From the NCBI GenBank assembly GCA_040954595.2, contig CM082577.2, positions 16,499,903 through 16,563,902 on the forward strand: a stretch of 64,000 bases of DNA. Reading direction: 5' to 3'. The notes beneath the pieces were generated by a model, which made no database searches, was not told the origin of the DNA, and saw only the letters and a list, made by a program, of their open reading frames with translations. Position numbers and translations under genes: made by a program. This DNA is from Balanoglossus misakiensis. Lineage: Eukaryota; Animalia; Hemichordata. Below are positions 24,901-35,504 of the stretch, one piece after another. Each line of letters begins with the position of its first letter. The first letter of the stretch is position 1.

Positions 24901-25523
24901 ATCATAAAGGTTAATCATTAATAGACCACCGCGGTGGATAATGTACTGCGAAATCTTTGCGATTCCATGCAACATTTTGGTGCAATCTATTATTTGATAT
25001 GGTATACGGTTGTCACAATGCAATGGCTGGGCTCTTCAGTTTAGGAATAAAGAAATATCCTCATTATATTGGTATTATTGTTGGTCTTGGTATTATGGTC
25101 TTGGGGAGTATGCGTACACCTGATGGTGTACGTCGGAGTATCTAGCAAGGTTTCTTACCAGAAGGGAGTTTTAATCTAAGCAAGGAGGTCTTATCAAAAG
25201 AGGGACTTTGCCTGAGAAAGTGCTCTTGCCATGAGAAATATAATTTTTTTGAAGAATTTTTGCACTCAAAGCATTAGTTTGAGTATCTACACCTAAATTA
25301 AATTATACGAAATTAACAGACTTTTGCGGCCTCCGAATGAATGTCAGAACTATATCTGCACGTTTAGATTAACCCCAGAAAATAATGCGACGTAAACATT
25401 GTACGATATATCGGTGACTGTCTTACCATGATACTGACTGTAGGCCCTCTTGTCTTCACGGAGAGGCAATGGCCGAACCAAACACACGCAAGCGAGGAAA
25501 ATCGTCAGCAATGAAATCTTCAT
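13425..25523 (-). CDS. Unrecognised secreted Gly/Asn/Trp-rich prepropeptide (138 aa) encoded by 16 coding exons, 13 of them 15-18 nt
   Basis: Exons 25523-25427, 24813-24760, 19196-19143, 16987-16970, 16685-16671, 16193-16176, 15964-15950, 15778-15761, 15416-15402, 15138-15121, 14913-14899, 14760-14743, 14396-14382, 13990-13973, 13672-13655, 13435-13421. All have AG/GT boundaries and phase-1 coding junctions. Product: [96 protein letters not shown] (NTNGGNTWGGG)x3 NTWSAGNPY**. Confidence 0.8.
13515..17030. repeat. Tandem exon-intron array with (TACA)n/(CA)n microsatellites and a higher-order unit of about 1.02-1.05 kb
   Basis: Twelve copies of the core cagagtaatacttac-[15/18 nt]-ct. Offsets 14382 to 15402, 14743 to 15761, 14899 to 15950 and 15121 to 16176 show duplication of a 4-exon block. 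Confidence 0.9.
19229..22330 (-). mobile_element. L2/CR1-group LINE with uninterrupted APE-RT ORF
   Basis: 3' end on minus strand is gagcgtca..tggcgctatataaac followed by a (ttga)n tail, typical of L2. The ORF stop lies about 60 nt before the tail. The 5' limit is approximate. Confidence 0.88.
19302..22187 (-). CDS. LINE ORF2: AP endonuclease + reverse transcriptase, 961 aa
   Basis: APE motifs WNVRSI, TETW, GGGVA, IYRPP-like LYRPP, GDFN, LDLI, SDH. RT motifs [53 protein letters not shown]. Confidence 0.95.
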   Translation of the reverse strand: MSSTSDQCKPILRQTKLHLTNWNVRSICNKATVVGDYITEQNIDLLAMTETWMNDTNNHVINECTPQGYSFCQTPRKTSSGGGVALVYKSTMKLSSWKPFNFKSFEASLATLSHRGISIKLIILYRPPPNKKNRLTRPQFLSEFGVLLEQFSTCNSHLFIVGDFNLHIDDSQNTNTKKFTDVIDSCGMKQWVQSSTHIRGHILDLIITNSESVIDSIDIHHPILSDHSPVHAKVMLQKPPLQKRQFKYRSISSISSTVFSTDIIAIPDFHQPQTDVHSAIAAYNRHLSNLLDQHAPLMTRIETIRPNTKWYTTDIRQAKQQRRSAEHKWRSTKLEIHLQIYKDRCHLVNTLIRQAKRNYYTNLIKDNADNQRTLFRTTSSLFHKPISVPTHTSTLELTQRFSKYFIKKISDIRNNLNLNTSTRQQDIFEIISTSSLSQFNSVNTEDVKKVIVHSPTKSCCLDPIPTSLLKKCLDSLLPFITEVVNLSLHTGVFPRLFKSAIVTPLLKKPSLDFNILKNYRPVSNLPFLSKVLEKIVAAQITDYLTKNSLQVPLQSAYRKYHSTETALLKVHNDICLSVDSGNYVLLILLDLSAVFDTIDHNILLHRLSHLGISGVALKWFTSYLKQREQSVKINDVISEPSELSFGVPQGSVLGPLLFTIYIAPLSNLIHKHNLHFHQYADDNQLYLSFSHRDSPAALSSIETCILDIKEWMTHNKLQLNDSKTEVLLIRSKFNTSPDPVNSVNIGSTYVTPVSSARNIGMIFDSNHMFSQHIKYTCKSIYSHLRRIGSIRRYITNETCQTLVHATLSAKLDYCNSLLYGLPENTIALLQRAQNTSARIVMRTRKFTPITPVLAQLHWLPVRLRIDYKILLITFKVIQNQTPAYISDLLQPYTPTRTLRSSTKKPLTCTTYKNKTYGGRAFSYAAPKLWNALPLDIRESTNLETFKRKLKTHMFERAYSVV
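22337..24544 (-). mobile_element. Young non-autonomous LTR retroelement (Gypsy-like, TRIM/LARD-type)
   Basis: 550-bp LTRs at 22337-22886 and 23995-24544, TG...CA, with one mismatch noticed. 4-bp TSD acag. Minus-strand PBS TGGTGTTAGAATCCGGG next to the right LTR and PPT GGAAAAGTGGGAAG next to the left LTR. The 1.1-kb interior has no pol motifs. Confidence 0.92.
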
Positions 25524-25579
25524 CCTGGTGGTTGACTAGCTCGGTGAACGATACTAGTAAACTCCTGCATCTGGTAGCA

Positions 25580-25586
25580 ATTTATA
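25580..25586 (-). promoter_or_regulatory. TATA box of the secreted micro-exon gene
   Basis: TATAAAT on the minus strand about 57 nt upstream of the signal-peptide ATG (context ccaggATG). Confidence 0.55.
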
Positions 25587-26284
25587 GATGTCCAGTCTTA
25601 ATGTGATTGGGGGATATCTGATCGGATGAGAGATCATCGCCCACTAAGATACTTGTGCATAACAGCGTGACTTCATTTTTCATCGTTTGTTTATTGGGGT
25701 GTAACGATGTGGGGACCACGCACAAGTGAAGACACCATTACATATACTGACTTTATGTGTCATATGCATTCTAAGCTGTGTCAAACATTCTGTAGCTGAA
25801 ATAATCATTTTATACGACCAATCATTTTGGATTAAACGCCACCTTTTGAATTGATGTTTCTTTAACAGAATAGAAACCTCGATGTGGATGTTTTCATTTT
25901 GACCATGTTTGGCACAGACTAACTTTGCGTTACAAAGTGAAATTCCAGAACATCGTGGGTGTACGACAGAATCCCACTGATAGCATAAACCATCAGTGAA
26001 AAATAATGCATCCCAGCATATCCATGCCACGTCTCTCTTTGGGAACAATGGTGGCAGAGTGGGTTTTCCGAAACGTGTCACATGATAAAATATTGATGAT
26101 TTGAAATGGTGGGCGACATCGCACACTTTTATAAAACAAATCTCTGCATTGGAAAACATAGGCAAATATCGATAATATCTTTCCGTTTACAATGATCATC
26201 TCACACATAATTGACACACGTCTGACAGGTTTACACAGTTTGTGAAGAGACGTCATGTATGCCAATATGTGAAGGATCCACCCT

Positions 26285-26379
26285 TTCATTCATTCATTCA
26301 TTCATTCATTCATTCATTCATTCATTCATTCATTCATTCATTCATTCATTCATTCATTCATTCATTCATTCATTCATTC
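26285..26379. repeat. (TTCA)n microsatellite
   Basis: Perfect tetranucleotide run. Confidence 0.95.
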
Positions 26380-28164
26380 GACATAAGCTGACTGGAATAG
26401 GAAGTGAATATAGGTTATTCTGTTCAATATGTTTACGTTTCAACGTTTCCACTCATTTTATGTGAATCATGGGCTGAAACAACGTCGTCTGTGAATAGCC
26501 GGTGTACATTCATAATTTTACGGACACGTTTGAGGTGTTTGAAATTAAACTTTGACTAGCTGATGCAATATATCCAGTGTACGCATTCGAATTTCCATCT
26601 GCGGCGAAAATAATTGATCAGCAGTTGCCTGAATGCACCGGTGGTCATGCGTTTACTGTTACAATGTGTTTTCCTAATCCTTTCATATACCATCTGGCCC
26701 CAAATTCTTGTACACATGGATATATTTTTTCTCAATAGAGTTATCACAGAGACGACGGTTATTTTGAATTTCAAAACTGAGACAACTTTGCTCTCTTATT
26801 CAAAATTTCACGATGACTCCTAATTGTTATTTTAAATTTCTGAAAGAGAATAATATAGAATTGATTTAGACAAAATATGAGAAAAATTGTATGACTTTGA
26901 GTTTCGAGGCGCTGACTACCTTACCAATACCTTAACATGACACGCCTCACTTTTATGACTGTGTACGTGGAGAAAGGTTTCGCGCGTGCGTGGTTTAACA
27001 CAATAACATACCAGATTTAAAATGTATTCATTAATTGTTTGTTTCTGGTACTTTGGTCACGCCAACGTGTTCCCAGTTCACGGTTAGCCCGGCAACAGAC
27101 ACATACATTATCACAAATCAGATGAGATATAAACTGGAGTTGCTCACATATTCTGACAATTACGTGTCATAAATAAACTGTTGTGTATCGATTTGCGGGA
27201 AGGGGTGGGTGGTTGAGTTATGGCTCTGTGTTGATTTGCGGAAGGGGTGTCTAAAGTCACCCGTCGTTGGGGGAGTTGTCCACATGCACCATTTACACAG
27301 TCGTCATGAATTTGGGTGCAACTGTATTTGTTGTGAATGCGTACGTGTATATCGATAAGGATATTTGACGTGTGTTCTCAGGGAAGATATAAAAGTGGGG
27401 AAAAGAGACTCTTCTAGCCCTAGTAGTGTTTTTGCTGACCATAATCCGGTTAATATTGAAAATAGTAAGTTTTGAGGTCATAGAAGACATGAAAGACACA
27501 GTATACCAATTTCATGCATCGCTTATAAGTTCATTGCGCTAAGTAAACAGAAGGAATTGTATACAGGTTAGGATGAAACGAACTAAAGTCTACTATAGTT
27601 CAACCTCTGTGATGTATAAGACATCAATTACAACAATAACGATCTTTCAATCGCCACATGCTTGCTCGCGAGAGTTGAAAAGAGTTAAAGTCTAAGGTAA
27701 CAATGATTGCTCCTCCATTGGCGTTCTTTCTTCCTGTCTTTTTACGTGGCATTAAGTGATCACCCTCCAGAATGGGGCTCAGCGTCACTTCGCGTTTTCT
27801 GTAAGAGAATGAATATAAAGTTAGGTTCTATATTCATTTTAAGGACCGGTTGTGAGGAGAGGATCTTGACTCCCAGAGAATCTAAAAACTCATAATTAAC
27901 GGAAATGATGTTCAACATACATGTAGTTCTACATCTAAGGCACCAACTGACTGGTTATGACGATTTCACAACCACATGCTAACCAATATTCGGAAGATAG
28001 TATTTTTGTCTAAACAAGATCATAAATATTGTCTTAGAACATGACTATGTCTATACATGTATCATCGCCCGAAGAAGAACATGTACATCAGCACCATGAA
28101 ATCACCAGATTAGTTGTCTAGGCCACAAACTCTGCACGCAATCCTGAACACCATCCAATTAATA

Positions 28165-29305
28165 TTAACTATTATTTTGCATCATGCCGACCGACCGTCC
28201 ACCATTCTGATTGGACGAGAGCTCAATGAAACTAGCGATGGTAAAATATTGTTTTACCACGGCTATCGGTGGTAAAACGGGCCACTGAACTAGCATGCAG
28301 CAGGGAAAACGTGGGGTTAAACCACAGTCGAGTGGGGTTAAACAAAAAAAATAACATAAAAACACTTGAATTTACGGACACTTTATTTTGGAACTGCTCT
28401 GTGGGAATATTTGACACTTATTATTGTACACTAGTTGCGTGAAAAGGAAAAGCTTATTTTCATAGTTTTGGAATGCTCATTTTTAGAACGAAGGTAGGCT
28501 AAAAGGAATTCACCTCTTTAAAATATCATGCAACGTAAACTCTCGTTTGTCCATATTCATTTTATACATTCCTTCGAAAGCCGTAGGTTCTTCCTGGTCT
28601 GATTTAACAAGAAGACGAAAATGTATCAGTTACTTAAGATTTTGTGTTCCATGCTTTTGTACAAAACGTTGTCCGCAATGTTTGGACAATAATATTATGG
28701 AAACGGGAGATGTAATTTGTGAAACTTCTGTCCGACACCCGAAAGATCATTTTCCGAACTCTACGAGACCCTACGAGAACTCGCGTGGCTGGGTAGTTTA
28801 TATAGGATGACACTTTTGTGTGGATCATGGAGGGAAACGACGCCTAGTCTACTGTGTTAAACTGCAGTAAAGTTTTAAAAATGTTATACTATTCTAGGTT
28901 CATACTTTGCTTGGCAAGTATTTCTTGGCTAGAAACTCTTTACTACGGTCGGGTCCATCCGTCGTACTAATTCGGGCGCCAAACGAAATATCAGGTAATT
29001 TTGTGTTTTATTTAATGAGCTCAGCTATATCCTAAAAGGAAGAAGGTCATATTGCACATTACCTGCACTCCTGATCCCCCATTTTTCCTGGAGAAAAACG
29101 AACAAGCCAGTGTATTATAAACAAGACAATTTTCAATGTGCGATAAAAGAAAATATTCACCATTAAAGCTGCCAAACGATAAACCCCTCCAGGTCAAAAG
29201 AAAAAAGGAAGGAAATGAGAATAGTAGAAGTAGGTTTTCTAGCAATTGATTGTAAGCTTATGGAAATTGACAATTTCCTGGCACTCGCCCGTTTTACCAC
29301 GATTT
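28165..29305. mobile_element. Possible non-autonomous Crypton-like element
   Basis: ttctgattgg motif and local palindromes ggtaaaatattgttttacc near the left end. gtggtaaaacgggc (about 28269) is inverted at about 29287 (gcccgttttaccac). Boundaries uncertain. Confidence 0.35.
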
Positions 29306-32051
29306 GTTTTGAATCTTTAAGAAGGTGGCCAAACATATCTTTGAATCTAACAGCTTATAATGTGATACTTTTGTGTTTGCATGCATGTTTCATTAATTAA
29401 TCAATGTTTTCCAAGATGACACGGTCATATGCCTGCGCAATTGAGACATTACACTGAAGGATATTCCTCACCAAACAAATTGGATTCATTTACTTTTCAC
29501 TAGTGATCTTTCTGACTTGTAATTATACCATAGTGTCTGATCTTAATGTATGGTACCCACCGCGGAGTAGATGACAGCGTTAGCAACCGACAACAGGGAA
29601 AGGCACATCAAAATCACCAGTGAGGTCTTCATATTTGCTGCCGCTAGTGTAGCAAAGTACCGGACGAAATGGACTGGCTGAAACGTTTCTCTTACTGCCT
29701 TTATTTACCGGTGAATTCTTCTCCCGGAATACTTCACAAATACCCACACTTTCATCTTTTGGGGGAATTTAGTCATCTGTCGTTTTTTTTTTACAATACA
29801 GTTAAATCGTTACCGGATTAATATTCATTTACAGTTTGGGATACGTCGACAGTTGTATTCTAAACAATAGTTGATACCCGAAACACATCGACGAGTACAT
29901 GTGTTTTTAATCATAAAAATAGAGCACGGCTGAACGTAGGAGATGCTGTCCAGGGATCGACGCAAATCCGATGACGATCCTGTTGATAGAACTGCCAACA
30001 ACTTAGAATGTGTTTATTAAAAGTGTTATTTTGAATATCTGAAAGATGAACTTTATGTAATTAGCTTAAAGACATCCTCCGAGTGCACTTGTAGACAATC
30101 TGTTTTCAACAAAACAAAAACCATCAGTCATTAACAGTTTCACCATTGTGGTCCAGTCCAATCCCATTGTTTTGTATGATATAATTGGACCTCTAAAGAG
30201 GGAACTGGGGGTGAAGGGTTAAGGAACATCGAAATGATTTGCCCAGCTTATGCTGGAAACGCCATGACCTAACCCATAAGGTGATGTGTACTTCTGTGTT
30301 GCCGACTTTTTATGATATGAACTCCTTCTGAACTTCTGAGAAACGAAGGCAGTCCTTGACAGTAACAAAGATTCCTTCAGCTGAAATTTGACTTATTTTG
30401 CATCATGGTTCACCAATACTCTTAAGTCAATAACGACAATGTACTCGTTATATCAATTTTGCGTGGGTCATTTGTAATATAATCCTAATTTACATAGATC
30501 AACTGTGAGGTCAAAGGATTGACGGAGGATAGTCCATATTACAATACAGGTGTAAGAGGTAATCCTGAACTTATGCCCAAGGGAACCAATTATGGTGAAA
30601 ATTACCACGGGATGCCAGTTTTGGAATAAGAGAGTCCCATCCCACTGGAAACAAGGGCCGGGGACCCGGAGGTTCAACCTTCAGACCGTTTTTGGGGGGT
30701 TTGGGGGAGCTGCTGCTCCAGACGCGCGCTACCCCACTGCCGCATATCCGCGTTACTCCTCGCAGAGCGAATTAGATAGGGCGCGGCGCGTGTTCGCGGA
30801 TGTTCACGTCAATCAGGGAGAACAAGAGCAGAATAAGGTGGAGACGTTGCATTAAGCCGCAGACTCGGAGAACGTCGAGGAAGCCCTGCAGAAAGTTATG
30901 GAGCTTGCGCACACGTCGGCATCGAAGTTCCAAATTATAAATGCGCTAAGAATACTTGTCGACAGAGCCACCATGATGAATCACGACAAGCTGTCTAGAT
31001 ACCGCGCCGTGCTGGCACAATTCGAGAGCAACGAATTTGGTAGAGAAGCGGGAAATTGATAGTTATATTGTTGGGGAATTAAGAAGAAGAAGAAATCGCG
31101 TCTAAAGTCGGAAAGTTCATGAAAAACTGCAGGGAATACACCAGATCGCCTTACCCGGGAGGCCGTTCTCGTCGAGCTACCAATCGACCACCATTGAAAA
31201 TGTTTTGTATGTGGGAAGGAAGGTCATTTCGCCAGGGACTGCCCACAAAAAAAAAATGAAAGTACCGGATAAAAAGTGGGCTATTGGATCAGAAAACATT
31301 TATCTGCAGAATATGTAAAAGTTCTTTTTCTTTTGTTGTTGAATATTTTGGTAGTGATACATGTCCTGGTAAAATGGGATATGGTACAGTATCTGATTGA
31401 GATAAAAAAGGGTAAAAGAAAAATAAATAAGATACTTGTATGTGGTTCCTTACTGTTATTTGTGTCGTGAATAAAGTGAGCAGCATTCATAATAATGAGT
31501 TGTGTCTTCATTGGTGATAATCGGGGGTTAAATAAGAGGGCTGATGGCTACCCCCTCCTAAAAAAATCACTAACGTGAGGTCATACGGAGTGTCAAAAAA
31601 CAAAACAAAAAACAGCCAGACTCTCGCGAATGGAATGTTAACTCGTTCTCCCAGGTATTCTCGGACAGGAGGGGGGGGGGGGCATTTTTCGTGCCCTCGC
31701 CGTTTGGCGGCCTGCCTTTTGCACGGTCCTGTCAGGGGTGCCCCCACTTCATAGCCCAGAAAAGATAAATTTAGAGGCTTTTTGATCAATTCTGAATGCA
31801 AGGTTTTTCATTCACATCTATACAGATTACCTACAAGTGGGAATGCCTACATCCGGTAAAAATTGGCGGAATGCCAAGAGAGAGCTATAACTGGATATCG
31901 CTTGGGGATACCCCGGACAGGGGCAATCTATGCCGACACATAAGAAAATCGCTGAAGTCACTGGAGCGATATTAAGTCTTCGCCGGCTCAAATGCCATTT
32001 AGAAACCCTGAGGAGTTTATTGCGGGGGAACTACACAAGAACGTAGATTAA

Positions 32052-32556
32052 AGGCACATGAGCTGCAACTGGATAAAAAAATTGAAGTTTTAAATAAACT
32101 CATATATCCTTTTAATCGTGTCTATTAAATGATATTTCATGATAATATATCAAGCTCAACATTTATTTATGACAAAATAGCCAAAAATTGAAGAAAAACG
32201 AAAATTCCTGCAATTTTTAAAAAAGTGCAATATAGGAATGGAAAAGGAAAATATAATGTCTCAATGGTGTTCAATAACGTCCATGAGCTCAAGTGGATGA
32301 GATCATGTTTTGTTTATAAAGTTTCATAACCGGAAATGCAACATTTCCGTTGTTTTTTGCATTTTCCCACAGTGGCGGCCATAATCGCTTGCGGCAAAGC
32401 TTTATTATTTATCTGGTTAGAACTTGCATATGCACTCATATTTAGGGTTTATAATGCTTGTGTTTAGTTCACTGCCTTCATCTGCATAGACTAATGGTAG
32501 TAAAGTTTGAAACAAAAATTATGATAATTATCCCTAAAGTTGCAGCTTATGTGCCT
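32052..32556. mobile_element. Kolobok-type MITE inserted in the DIRS pol region
   Basis: TIR aggcacatgagctgcaact / agttgcagcttatgtgcct, TTAA on both sides. Removal restores IAGELHKNVD.WNEI. Confidence 0.85.
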
Positions 32557-33851
32557 TTAATGGAACGAAATCCGGCAGCAGCGGATAATAGAAATGAACT
32601 GCTTGACTGGTTGTCCATCGGTTTAAGGATCTCGGACTATTTCCAGCACTTCAAAGGGTCATACAAGGGCAGGCAGTTTGATCACGATGTGCCGCCGCGC
32701 CACCAAGGCAGTTTGCCAATTACCCTAGCAATAGAGAGTTTGGCGAGGTTATTGCTAAATCAATCTCGGATAGGCTAAAAACCGGAGCCATTTCATTTTG
32801 AGGAAACTAGGACGTGACCCTCCCCCTCGTATTGTCATGCCGATCGTGGTCAGGCCCAAGAAGCCTAGAATGTGTATCGACATGCGTGTCCTTAACTTAA
32901 GGATATAATATATCCCTTTCAAACTTGATAAACTAACAGAAATACCTGGTTACCTAAATGAAGGAGATCCGCATTTCCAAATTGACGATAAGAGTGGGTA
33001 CGACCACGTCCTTATTGATAAAAAAGACAGAACTTATCTTGGTTTCCATTGGGCTGGTGTTTGATTTGTTTTCAACACCCTTCCATTTGGATGAAGTTAT
33101 CTGCATATGTCTACCACACGATAGTGTATTGCTTTACGTGTTATGCTCGAGACGTGGGTGTACCATGTATTCAATACATAGATGATAGGCATGGTGGCCC
33201 TCTGTACGTATCCCCGGTAAGGCAGGCAAAAAATAATTGGTCGGGTATGGAGCGCGCGGAATCAGCTGCGCTGTCGGTAATTGCGGGTTATTTTTTGGCA
33301 ATAGAGAAATGTATTTTAAGGCCAGTAACCTCTCTAGTGATGTTAGGCATGACGGTCAATTCGGAATCCATGACATTTGCTATCCCTCATGATAAAGAGG
33401 ATAAATTCCTGGAGCTAACAGAAAGCATTCACACTAAGAGAGCCGTCTCATTATCTCAAATCGAAAAGGTAATGGGGAAATGTATTTCTTTCACACTCGC
33501 CATCCCATGTGCGAGACTATACACACGACGAATGGCAGAGGCAGTAGCAAAAGCCCCCCCCCCCAAAAAAAAAATAACAAACAAAAAAACAAAAAAAAAA
33601 ACAAAAAAAAACGGCAACATATTTGGTGCCAATTAGAGGCGGCGTACGCGAGGAATTAAATGAAAGGAAACAAATAGTCATCAATGCCCAGCCAGTTAGA
33701 TGGATGACTACGTCGCAAAAAAAAGCTACAGCTCGTTACTGACGCTAGTTCGTATAAATGGGGTGCAATTCTGAATCCCGACCGTGATGACGAGAATGAT
33801 GTCATGATAAAGATCGATGACATGTGGGACAAAGAATGGAGACAAGAACAC

Positions 33852-35338
33852 ATTAAAGCTGCAAGCAGCATTGTCGGGCCCAAGCGCTGATCTTTAATTA
33901 TATATGCACAGTATGAATGAGAAAAAACAGAATTTTCTATCGTATGTATTATCTGATGACATAACAAGGATGTGTGTAGTTTTGCTGCTGAAATAGGGTG
34001 AAGTAGGTCAAAGGTCACCAGAGGTCACGCAACATTTGGGCAAAAAATGTTGATCCCATACTGGTCCATGTCCAACAAAAAACAAAACTCTAGCTCTATT
34101 GGTTCGCCTGTAATTAGGTATGTGCATATTTAATGAGGTCAGCAGGTGTCACATTTGACCAAAAAATGTGGCTTTAAATTATGGTCCCATCCTACCAAAT
34201 GCCATGGCTGTATCTGCTCTGGATGCTGAGATATGCGAAAGTAGGTCAAAGGTCACCAGAGGTCACCCAACATTTGGGCAAAAAATTTTGATCCCATACT
34301 GGTCCATGTCCAACAAAAACCAAACCTCTAGCTCTATTGGTTCGCCTGTAATTAGCTATGCACATAATTAATGAGGTCAGCAGAGGTCAAAGGGGTCATG
34401 AAAAGTAGCAAAATATTTTGATCACACACTAATCCACATGCATCAAAAACCAAACGTCTAGCCCTATAGGTTAGCCTGGAATTAGATATGCAGAAATAAT
34501 AATGTGTGAAAAGTAGGTCAAAGGTCATGTGAAAAATCGCCAAAAATTTGTAACATATTGTAGTCATATGACGAATGATATCCATTAAAAGAATTTGTAT
34601 GCTATCAATTTTTATACTAGAAAAAGGAATTTTAATTTTTCACTGCTTTTTACAAAATCCAATATGGCCGCCATAATCTTCGACCAATCACAATGCTCTT
34701 TGCAAACTTGATAGACATCAGTTTAGTGACCATACTCCCCGAATCTTGCGACTCAGTCATCGCCCGTTCTGGAGAAGAAGATTTTTGGAGTTTAACTATG
34801 GTTTTTCGAAAATCCAATATGGCCGCCATAATCTTCGACCAATCACAATGATCTTCGCAAACTTGATAGACATCAGTTAGGTGACCACATACCCCAAACC
34901 TTGTGTCTCGCTTATCACCGGTTCTGGAGAAGAAGATTTTTGAAATTTAAGCTAGATTTCAGAAAAAAAATTGTAGCAAAAAAACTGCAACATTGACAGC
35001 AAAATTTCCAATTACAAAAATGATGGGTAGAAGGTAGTCTACCGGCATGCCAAATTTGAAGTCGATCTTACTTGTAGTTTCTGAGATCTGAGATTTGATT
35101 TTTTTCAGAAAATCCAATATGGCCGCCAGGTCACGTGACTAATTAAGTATTCACAAGTCACTGCACATCTACTCATTGACCTTGACCACTGTAGCAAGTT
35201 TGAGAAGTGTACCTGCAGCGGTGTCTGAGATCTAGAGCGACAAAGAAATGACACAAGAATAAAGAAAGAAAGAAAGCCGGAAAGAAAAATTCCAACGAAA
35301 CCAATAGGGCCCAAGCGCTTGCGTGCGCTTGGGCCCTA
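33852..35338. mobile_element. Helentron-associated (HINE/DINE-like) non-autonomous element, copy 1
   Basis: Starts attaaagctgcaagcagc with subterminal gggcccaagcgc and ends in the hairpin gggcccaagcgc-ttgcgt-gcgcttgggccc. Internal tandem subrepeats, no TSD. Removal restores the host codons E-H-I-N-V-K-E. Confidence 0.75.
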
Positions 35339-35504
35339 ATAAATGTGAAAGAAGCAGAAGCTCGGCTACATGTACGGACGGATTCTATGGTGCTGGTAAA
35401 CACTTGGAAGGGAGGTTATACCGGCTCAAAATCTGCAAAACTAAACAAAGTTTTGAAGGCCATTTTCCACTTCTGCGTAAAGCAGAATATCCAGTTGAGA
35501 TTAA

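Noticed and set aside
26259-26465. ORF with FIHS repeats
   Set aside because: Translation of the (TTCA)n microsatellite.
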